Assembly: GCA_037481835.1 (NCBI GenBank)
Contig: JBBFKW010000002.1
Coordinates: 1 to 64,000 of the forward strand
Length of the DNA stretch: 64,000 nucleotides
Reading direction: 5' to 3'
DNA from: Desulfosoma sp.
GTDB lineage: Bacteria > Desulfobacterota > Syntrophobacteria > Syntrophobacterales > DSM-9756
Part shown: piece after piece, positions 9,614 to 17,362 of the stretch
Numbering within the stretch: the stretch's first letter is position 1
Layout: each line of letters starts with the position of its first letter
The notes under the pieces: generated by a model
The model's input: only the letters and a program-made list of their open reading frames with translations
Told to the model about the DNA's origin: nothing
The model's database searches: none
Program-made: the position numbers and the translations under genes

Positions 9614-10114
9614 ATGCGGTCGGAAGATCGGCGGTATGTCGCCTCCTATCGAGCTTTCCGAAAATGCCAGGTCCTCATTCGCTATCGAGGGTGGGCGAGG
9701 GCCGATGAACACACAGGCCCTACGGCCTTTACGCTGGTGGAACTGATGGTCACGGTGGCCATTGTGGCGGTTTTGGCGGCGGTGGCCGTGCCGGCCTATG
9801 TCCATCATGTGAGGCGATCGGAGCAGTCCCAGGCGGTGGAGGCGCTCCTCACGGCGCGCATGGAGCTGGAGGCTTTCTGGGCCGACCACAACCGCTACGC
9901 GGGAACCTTGCGCCTGCTTCCTTCCTTTGAAAGCGCAACCCAGGGAAAATACGTCTTGACGTTGAAAACGAGCCCAGACGGGCAGCGTTACCGCATCGAA
10001 GCCATGCGGCCCGATGTGGGGGACCTCCTGCACCTTTGCGATAACGAAACGAAGCCCGTTGTGGATACGCCCAAGGCCTTGGGGTGGTCCCTGTTTCAAT
10101 GGGTTTTTGACTGA
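9614..10114 (+). CDS. pilE: Type IV minor pilin, PilE-like (cluster 2)
   Basis: A|FTLVELMVTVAIVAVLAAVAVPAY; clear paralog of the first pilE (FW.DHNRYAGT..LPSF). Start uncertain. Confidence 0.82.
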   Translation: MRSEDRRYVASYRAFRKCQVLIRYRGWARADEHTGPTAFTLVELMVTVAIVAVLAAVAVPAYVHHVRRSEQSQAVEALLTARMELEAFWADHNRYAGTLRLLPSFESATQGKYVLTLKTSPDGQRYRIEAMRPDVGDLLHLCDNETKPVVDTPKALGWSLFQWVFD

Positions 10115-10138
10115 GCGCGGCCATGGAAAGGAGGCGCC

Positions 10139-10771
10139 ATGGGACGGCTCCCGAAGGAGGCCCGTAGATGCATCCGGGGCATGACCCTGGTGGAACTCAT
10201 GGTGGTCCTCGGCCTCATCGCCCTTCTCATGAGCGTCTTTGCCATCCGCGTGCACAGCGCTTCCTACCGCTTGAAATCCGCCGTATCCCAGGTGCGGTCC
10301 CTCATCCAGCGCGCCCGCCTGGAAGCCGTCAAGAACAATAAAAACGTTTACCTGGACTTCGATGCGGACGACGATGGAGTTCTCCAAACCGTCGTCCTTT
10401 GGGTCCACATGGATTCGGGGGAGTCCAGTCCCACCTATGATGCGGAGGAGGACGCGGCGGTGGTGTCTGAAAGAATCTTCTTTCCTCCGGGATCGTCCAC
10501 GAACAGACCCACGCTGGGGGCCGTTCCGGCCTCGGCAGGGGGACCGAGCACGGGCGCTCCTCGGGAAGGCGGAACGATTCCCGAAGACGGGGTGAGCTTT
10601 TCCGGAAACCGCATCAATTTCAACCCGGACGGCACATCGTCCACGGGAACCGTGTACATGCACGTGCCGAATGATCCCAAGGCGGGAACCTACGCCATCG
10701 TCGTCAACAACACGGGGCGGGCGTATTTGCGGTATTTCCCCACGGGAGGTGCGGCGTGGGAGGACCGGTAG
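10139..10771 (+). CDS. fimT: FimT/FimU minor pilin, cluster 2
   Basis: RG|MTLVELMVVL; ARLEAVK and FNPDGTS.TGTVY motifs; AAGGAGG RBS. Confidence 0.85.
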   Translation: MGRLPKEARRCIRGMTLVELMVVLGLIALLMSVFAIRVHSASYRLKSAVSQVRSLIQRARLEAVKNNKNVYLDFDADDDGVLQTVVLWVHMDSGESSPTYDAEEDAAVVSERIFFPPGSSTNRPTLGAVPASAGGPSTGAPREGGTIPEDGVSFSGNRINFNPDGTSSTGTVYMHVPNDPKAGTYAIVVNNTGRAYLRYFPTGGAAWEDR

Positions 10772-10848
10772 GCGCACGGAGGAACTATGTTCCACGGCGC
10801 CCCTTCGTGCGGAACTTCGCGGCCGGGGGGACGGAAGATCGGGAGCGG

Positions 10849-12039
10849 GTGCGCCCGAACAGGGGGAAAAGGCGGGGAAGGAATTCTGGAGGCGGGCGAA
10901 CGGAGATTTTTGGAGAGCGGGATTTTTGGCGGCGGGGCATGAGCCTTGTGGAATTGCTCACGGCCGTAGCCGTCACGGCCGTGGTGATGCTTTCCGTCTA
11001 CGGGGCCTTTACGGCCCAGCAGCGCTTCTACGGGGAGGAACAGCTGATCCTGGAGCTGCAGCAAAACCTGCGCGCGGCTTTGGACGCCGCCGCGCAGACA
11101 CTCCAGCAGGCGGGTTACTGGCGATGCGTGGACCCTCACCGGGTCAGCCGAGAAGGGGCGGGCGTCAAAAACGCCCTGCGTGAGGCGGGAAATCTTTTCC
11201 ACACGCATCCTGTGATGGGGTTTAACAACGTCTCGGCTGATTCGGAACCTTTCTCCGACGGGCAGACCCGCCTTGGGACCGACGTCCTGGGATACAGTTT
11301 CATCGATCCGGCCTTCCACGGACCGCTCGCCCAGGACCAGGCCGTGCCGTCGGGTCCCCTCCGGCTCGTCAAGAATCCCTTCACGAGCGGCCTGAAGAAG
11401 GGCCAGATCGTTTTCGTCACCGCATGCCGTCGAAGCGCCCTGTTTCAAGTGACGGGCGTTTCAACAAGCGGCGGTGGGGTCACCCTGGAACACGAGGCTG
11501 GGGCGGGCTTCCCGGGAAACGCCACGCGCTGCCTCCAGTGCGACGACGGCACATCGGCCTGTCTGGATGAGGGCGCATGCGCCGGATCGGGTAACGGCTT
11601 TGCCAAGGATGTCTCCTTCGTCCACCCTGTCAAGGTGGGTTATTTTCGCGTGAACACCAAGGGAGAATTTCAATGGATCGAAGGCGGACCTGGGACCGGC
11701 GTGCAGTTTGTCTTTTCCGGCCCCCGGACCTTGGCCGAAAACGTGGAAGATTTCCAGGTGGAATTCGGGGTGGACATGAGCCCGATCCCGGATGGGTCCG
11801 CGGAGGCGTGGGTGCCGGCTGACGCTGTCCCCGATGCCATGCCGGAAGACGGCTTTCCCGATTGGGAACGGGTGACGGCCGTGCGCTGCCATCTTCTCGG
11901 GCGCGCCCGGAGGGCCTTCAAAAATTTCGTGAACACGAACACGTATCTTTTCGCGGATCGAGACGCGAAGCCCACCGGGGACGGGTATCGACGTCTCCAC
12001 GTGATGAAAACGGTGATCTTGCGCAATGCCATGCCGTAA
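10849..12039 (+). CDS. pilW: PilW-like minor pilin, cluster 2
   Basis: RRG|MSLVELL; LQQNLR..L...LQQAGY, LAENVEDFQVEFGVD and C-terminal LRN. Start uncertain (ORF open from 10756). Confidence 0.85.
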   Translation: MRPNRGKRRGRNSGGGRTEIFGERDFWRRGMSLVELLTAVAVTAVVMLSVYGAFTAQQRFYGEEQLILELQQNLRAALDAAAQTLQQAGYWRCVDPHRVSREGAGVKNALREAGNLFHTHPVMGFNNVSADSEPFSDGQTRLGTDVLGYSFIDPAFHGPLAQDQAVPSGPLRLVKNPFTSGLKKGQIVFVTACRRSALFQVTGVSTSGGGVTLEHEAGAGFPGNATRCLQCDDGTSACLDEGACAGSGNGFAKDVSFVHPVKVGYFRVNTKGEFQWIEGGPGTGVQFVFSGPRTLAENVEDFQVEFGVDMSPIPDGSAEAWVPADAVPDAMPEDGFPDWERVTAVRCHLLGRARRAFKNFVNTNTYLFADRDAKPTGDGYRRLHVMKTVILRNAMP

Positions 12040-12055
12040 GAAATGGGATCTCAAC

Positions 12056-12568
12056 ATGATGCCGGGCGTCACCCCCTCGACGGGGACCATTTTTGTCCCG
12101 TGTCCGTGGACCGGAAGGTGGGGTGGTTGGAGAGAGCCACCCGGTTTCACCCTTGTGGAAGTTCTTGTGGCCGTCGTCGTAGCCGTGGTGGTCTTTTTAG
12201 CGTTTTTCGGCGTGCATGCCATAGGAATCCGAACCCGAGCCCACGCCCGGCTGGCGTCCGCGGCGCTCAATGTTGCGGCGGATTTCGTGGATCAAGTGGC
12301 GGTGTCCGCCGGAGACACCGTTGTCATCAACGGCGAAGGAGTGGCCGATTCCGGTTTTCTTGAAAACGGCGTCCCCACGGGGTCGGGGGCGGTTTTTTCA
12401 AGGCGCTGGGACATTCAAAGGGGGGTTCCTGCGCCGCATCTTGTGACGGTGCGGGTGATCCTGTGCTGGAGCGAACCCGGAAAACCTCTGCCTACGGCGG
12501 TTCATTGCGATTTCCCGGATCCCGCGGCGCCCCATGTGGCGCTGGAGGCGGTGTTGTATCGGCCGTGA
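12056..12568 (+). CDS. pilV: PilV-like minor pilin, cluster 2
   Basis: G|FTLVEVLVAV; FSRRW.I and VTVRV..CW motifs. Confidence 0.78.
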   Translation: MMPGVTPSTGTIFVPCPWTGRWGGWREPPGFTLVEVLVAVVVAVVVFLAFFGVHAIGIRTRAHARLASAALNVAADFVDQVAVSAGDTVVINGEGVADSGFLENGVPTGSGAVFSRRWDIQRGVPAPHLVTVRVILCWSEPGKPLPTAVHCDFPDPAAPHVALEAVLYRP

Positions 12569-12694
12569 AGGGGAGGGTGTTGGGGTTCGCTGAGCTCACA
12601 CCAACCTCCATTGGGACGGGAGATTTTCACGAGATTTATCGGCGGCATGAGTGGATGGGAGGGGCGGTGAAGAGAAGGAAGAGGAGCGGGAGGC

Positions 12695-13378
12695 ATGGAT
12701 GCGGGGCGATGGGGTGGAAGGAGGGGTGAGCCAGCTGGGAAGTGCCCGGGGGTTTTGGTGCGCAATCGCGAAGGCATGGCCTTGCCCTTGGTGCTGGTGA
12801 TCGTGGCGGCTCTGGCGGTTTTGACCGTGGGCTTGGCCCTGGACCATGCCGTGGAGATGCGTATCGCGGGGAACCGCAAGGCTGCGGAGACGGCTTTTCG
12901 AAACGCCGAGGCAGGCCTTGCGCTGGCGCAACAGCGGCTGGCTCAAAGATTCGCTTCAGACCCCGTGAACCTGCAGCGCCGGCGCTCAGGCAGCGCAGCG
13001 CTTCCGGACTGGGATTTCCTGTTCCTGGGGGTGGTGCCGTACGCGGGCCGAAACAGCCGAAGCGACCTTTACGATGAGGTCAAGGTGGATTTGGGCATGG
13101 ATCATCGGTTCAAGGTCTTTGCCAGGCTCCCCGAAGACCGCAAAGACGGCGCCTTTAACGACCTGTACGGGGACAACACCCGAGTGGTGCTGCGCAGCGT
13201 GGGTTTCGGCCCGGCCGGGGCGGAGCAGGAAACGGAACTGATGGTGGAAGCCGCTGCCGAACCGTCCGCGTCCGTCTGTTACGCCCAGGAAGGGGGAGGG
13301 TCCATGCCCGGCTACGTAAACATGCATGATCGGGATGCCGTCTCCGCGATGGGATCGCCTCTCGCCACGGTTCCCTGA
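12695..13378 (+). CDS. pilX: PilX-like minor pilin, cluster 2
   Basis: NREG|MALPLVL lacking Glu5; IAGN...AFRNAEAGL PilX N-terminal motif. Confidence 0.85.
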   Translation: MDAGRWGGRRGEPAGKCPGVLVRNREGMALPLVLVIVAALAVLTVGLALDHAVEMRIAGNRKAAETAFRNAEAGLALAQQRLAQRFASDPVNLQRRRSGSAALPDWDFLFLGVVPYAGRNSRSDLYDEVKVDLGMDHRFKVFARLPEDRKDGAFNDLYGDNTRVVLRSVGFGPAGAEQETELMVEAAAEPSASVCYAQEGGGSMPGYVNMHDRDAVSAMGSPLATVP

Positions 13379-13589
13379 GGCCCGGAACGAGCCGGAAGGG
13401 GGCCGCGAGAGGTCGGGACCGAACGCGAAGGAAGACGAACGAGCGCAAGGGAGCCGATGGATACAAGAAAGATGAGCGATGTGAAGGTCCGCCGGGGTCT
13501 TCGTTGTAGGAGTGGCGCGCCGCGAGGGTGAAGCACAGGGCGAAGTCTTCGCCACGGGGCGGGCCAGGTGGATGGAAGGGGTGGAAAAG

Positions 13590-16500
13590 ATGGTCGGCAC
13601 AAATCCCGCAATGCGCCGCGTCGCCCGGGTTGTCCTCCCGGGCATCCTCATAGGGGTCGTCTCTGCGGCTTTCGGGGCCGTGTGCGAACCCCAGAGAACC
13701 GTCCGGTATGACGGGGCGTGGCAGAAGAGCCATTTCAGCGTCTTGGACCCCCCCGTGGTCATTGACCCCGACACGGGCCGTCTTGTCCTGCGCCCCGGCG
13801 TCCCCGCGCCCGATTGGGAAAGGATCGTTACGGCAAAAGACCAGGACGTGCGCGTGACGTTCGTCTTCCAAGGGTCCGAAGGCTCCCGGAACCACCTGGG
13901 TTATTTCTTGAAATCCGCTGCGCACCGCAAAGGCTACATCGGACAGGACGGGAGCCTCGATCGCACGGCCTTCGTTCGAGGAATCAATTTCACAGATCCG
14001 GCCGGCTACGATGCGGAAACGTTTCACTACATTTTCACGTGCCTTCGGGATGAAAACCAAAACGGCATTCTCGAAAAACCCTCCGGCCCGGGATGCGCGG
14101 CATCATTTCCCGAAGCGGCATCTGCCGTCCTGGACTATGCCGATACGGAAGAAGCCCTGGCGAGGGTGGAGGACGGCACGGGGCTGGCTTTCGTCCCGGA
14201 CGGCGACGGGCGGATCACCGTTCGGGATATGACCAAGAGTCTCGGCATCATTGCGGAAGGGGAAGAGATCGTTTTCTTCATGGTGCCTGACGGCCGCTTC
14301 CAGGATGCCTTTGTGACCAAGGCCTCATGGAACGGGGACGTGTATGCGGGGATCGATCCATGCGGGGCCGAGTTTTCCGACGGCATGCCGCCGAAAACAT
14401 ACCGCCTGAACACTTCCGCCCCGGATGACGGTACCTGCGCCGTGGATTCCGGCTGGCTTCCGGCGCGGGCTCTGGAGCGCCTGCGGGAAGGGTTGGGCAT
14501 CGTTTTTGATCCCGAGGATGCCGCTCACGTGTCCGTGCACACGGGAAAGAAATTTTCCCACGTGATTATCGGGGCTTCTCGCCGCTTTCCCACCCGATGG
14601 GTCATGGGGTGGGAAGACGGTGAAGGGGGAACCGATACGGATCACAACGACCTCGTGGTTGCCGTATCCCTTAAGGCGGCGGGGCGCGCCGTATCCCAGG
14701 ATTTGACCGGAGCCCAGCTTGCCGAGACGGGGGCGTTCATCACGGCCGTGGATGTGGAAGTGACGGATCGCCGAGCCCCTTGTGAGGCCGCCGAGGCCGG
14801 GTTCGTTTTGGAAAGCGGCGGTTTGACGGGTGCGGCCGTATCCTACTTCATCAGCGTGGATAACGGGACCTCGTGGCTTCCCGTCCGTTCCTGGAACGAG
14901 GTGATCCAGGGCGAGGACGGGTTTCAAACCCGAAAGGCCCACGTGGACGTTTTGAGCACCGGCCGCACAGGCCGTGCCCTTAAGTGGAAAGCCGTCCTGG
15001 AAACCGTGGACGGGCGCTGCGATCCGCCGGAGATTGCCGGCGTGAAAGTCGCCTATACGGCCGCGGCAAGCGGAGAATTTTCGCGCGCCGATCCCGTGGT
15101 GCTCGGAAACGTCTTGTATTCCGGTTCATTGGAAACCCCGTCCGCGTCATGGGCGGAGCCGTCTCGACTCCGCGGGCATCTTCGGGCTTACAAGATCTAC
15201 GACCCGGCCGATCCCGCACGACCCCTTTTCGACCTTCTTTGGGACGCGGGCCCAAAACTTGCCGAACGGTCTTTTAAGACCGAGCCTAGAGCGGTCCTGA
15301 GCCCGATCGGTGAAGCTCGGACCTTCCGGGAAACCGTCGGAACCGGAGACGGCGTCACGCGCCGTTTTCAGGGAAACCTTTTCCAAGGGTCGGTTCTTCC
15401 CGCATCGGTAATCTTTCGGAGCATATCCGAGGCTGGGGCCTCCCTGATCGTCACCGAATCCGGTGAAGGGGATTTCCAAGGCGACGGCGCCGGAACCATC
15501 CACCGGGGGACCGGGTACTATGCGCTCGAGTTTGTGCAGGCTCCGTGCGATGGCTGTCCCGTCAAAGTGGAAGGCGTTACTTTCACGCAAGGCAGCGAAC
15601 TGCGGCCTTTTTCCGAAGAAACCCTATCAGCCCTCATGCTGGGCCTGAGCGACGCCTATGTCCACGGGACGGGTTACGCATGGGACCTGAACGGCGACGG
15701 GCGATACGACGATACGGACCGAGGGCACCTGATCCGGTGGGTGTTGGGCTTTGACGGTCCCGCTCAAAGGCCGTGGCCCTTGGACGGGATCGATCACGGC
15801 ACACCGGCCGTGGTGGGACCGCCGGGGCTTCCCCCGTGGTATTTCGGCACGGGGACGACCCCGGAGGAACGGGACGCCTATGATCTTTGGAGGCAGTCGG
15901 AATCCGTGGCGAAGCGACCCACGGTGGCCTATACGGGAAGTTTGGGAGGCATGATCCACGCCTTCCGTGCCGGCCGCTACCGCCACGGGGACGATCCCCG
16001 GACGCCCGTAAGAGAAAACAGGGGATACTTCGACGGGCACGATTACGGCGACGGCGCCGAACTGTGGGCCTTTCTTCCTTCAAATCACATTTCCAGGCTA
16101 AAGCTTTTCCTGAGGCCCGACCCCCGGGCCGCCCCTCCGAGCATGGATGCCTCGCCGGCGGTCCACGACATCGCCGTGGCGACCGACAAGGGCCCTGTGT
16201 TTAAAACGGTCCTTTTGTCGGCTCAAGGGGCTGGAGGGGACACCATCGTCGCCCTGGATGTGACGGATCCCGAAAAGCCGTCATTTCTTTGGGAATACGC
16301 CGACCCCGACCTTTATCGAAGCCGGGCGGCTTGCGCCGTGGCGAAAATCGGCCGGTTGAACGACCGCGGTTCTCCCGCATGGGCGGCTTTCTTCCCTTCA
16401 GGGCGAACGCACGACCAATCTCACCCGTTTCTTTTTGTCTTCGATGCCGCTCGCGGCTCCCTGATTGGAAAGAAAGCCTTCGACGTCGTGGACACCAATC

Positions 16501-17321
16501 GAGGCGCCCTTTTGAGCGGCAGTGCCGCCGTTGTGGACAGTGACGGAAACGGCTTTGCAGACCGGGCCTATCTGGCGGACAACAAGGGCCATGTGTACCG
16601 CGTGGACTTTCCGGATCGGGCGGAATGGGCCTGGGATCCGGCAAAGATCGCCGTGAGTCTCCTCGTCAAGGTATCCTCACCGGTTTATGCCACCCCGGTG
16701 GTCTATCTCGCCCACCGGTACAAGCCGGATGGAACCATCGACGAAGAGCACGTCAAGGTCATGTTCGGCACTGGGGACGATCCCTACCACGCCGACAGTC
16801 CCAACGCCCCGACGGGCTACAAGTTCTATGTTTTTGACGATACCTGCCGGAGGGATGGATCCGGCGGGGTTCTGCGCCGAAACGACGGCACGCCGTGTGC
16901 GCCGGAAAAGATGTTCACGGAGGCGGAGGCCCAGTGGATCTGGACGCTTCTGGGGGGCCACCGCATCTGGGCCGAAGCCGTCGCCGCCGCCGGGAGGGTC
17001 TATTTCGGCACGGCGGTGACGGATACCACCGATCCCTGCGCGCCCTTGCAAGACGAAGGAAAAAAGGGAGGCACGGTCTACAGCGTAGATCTCGCCGCGT
17101 TGGAGCCGGAGTTGGAACCGACGGTCGTCATGGAAGCGGAAGGAAACGTGACAGGACTTTTTGTGGAGGACGAACACCTGTACGCCAAGGTGACGTCGCG
17201 GGAAGGCGGCACCCGAGTGCGCGTGGTGGGCGACGGCCTTTTCAACAACGAAACGGTGCTCGGAACGACCTACGTCACAAGGAAGGTCAAAGGGTCCTGG
17301 CGGCGCATTTTGGAAAAGTGA
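13590..17321 (+). CDS. pilY1: PilY1-type tip adhesin with N-terminal DUF4114-like domain (cluster 2)
   Basis: Signal peptide; WEDGEGGTDTDHNDLVV (DUF4114-like); GMIHAF, ELWAFLP, LDVTDP..P..LWE, DSDGNGFADRAY and FGTG propeller motifs; ends in SWR. Start uncertain. Confidence 0.88.
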   Translation: MVGTNPAMRRVARVVLPGILIGVVSAAFGAVCEPQRTVRYDGAWQKSHFSVLDPPVVIDPDTGRLVLRPGVPAPDWERIVTAKDQDVRVTFVFQGSEGSRNHLGYFLKSAAHRKGYIGQDGSLDRTAFVRGINFTDPAGYDAETFHYIFTCLRDENQNGILEKPSGPGCAASFPEAASAVLDYADTEEALARVEDGTGLAFVPDGDGRITVRDMTKSLGIIAEGEEIVFFMVPDGRFQDAFVTKASWNGDVYAGIDPCGAEFSDGMPPKTYRLNTSAPDDGTCAVDSGWLPARALERLREGLGIVFDPEDAAHVSVHTGKKFSHVIIGASRRFPTRWVMGWEDGEGGTDTDHNDLVVAVSLKAAGRAVSQDLTGAQLAETGAFITAVDVEVTDRRAPCEAAEAGFVLESGGLTGAAVSYFISVDNGTSWLPVRSWNEVIQGEDGFQTRKAHVDVLSTGRTGRALKWKAVLETVDGRCDPPEIAGVKVAYTAAASGEFSRADPVVLGNVLYSGSLETPSASWAEPSRLRGHLRAYKIYDPADPARPLFDLLWDAGPKLAERSFKTEPRAVLSPIGEARTFRETVGTGDGVTRRFQGNLFQGSVLPASVIFRSISEAGASLIVTESGEGDFQGDGAGTIHRGTGYYALEFVQAPCDGCPVKVEGVTFTQGSELRPFSEETLSALMLGLSDAYVHGTGYAWDLNGDGRYDDTDRGHLIRWVLGFDGPAQRPWPLDGIDHGTPAVVGPPGLPPWYFGTGTTPEERDAYDLWRQSESVAKRPTVAYTGSLGGMIHAFRAGRYRHGDDPRTPVRENRGYFDGHDYGDGAELWAFLPSNHISRLKLFLRPDPRAAPPSMDASPAVHDIAVATDKGPVFKTVLLSAQGAGGDTIVALDVTDPEKPSFLWEYADPDLYRSRAACAVAKIGRLNDRGSPAWAAFFPSGRTHDQSHPFLFVFDAARGSLIGKKAFDVVDTNRGALLSGSAAVVDSDGNGFADRAYLADNKGHVYRVDFPDRAEWAWDPAKIAVSLLVKVSSPVYATPVVYLAHRYKPDGTIDEEHVKVMFGTGDDPYHADSPNAPTGYKFYVFDDTCRRDGSGGVLRRNDGTPCAPEKMFTEAEAQWIWTLLGGHRIWAEAVAAAGRVYFGTAVTDTTDPCAPLQDEGKKGGTVYSVDLAALEPELEPTVVMEAEGNVTGLFVEDEHLYAKVTSREGGTRVRVVGDGLFNNETVLGTTYVTRKVKGSWRRILEK

Positions 17322-17362
17322 AAGCCCCCGGGCCCCCATCAGGACACATTTTCCTTGAGGGC

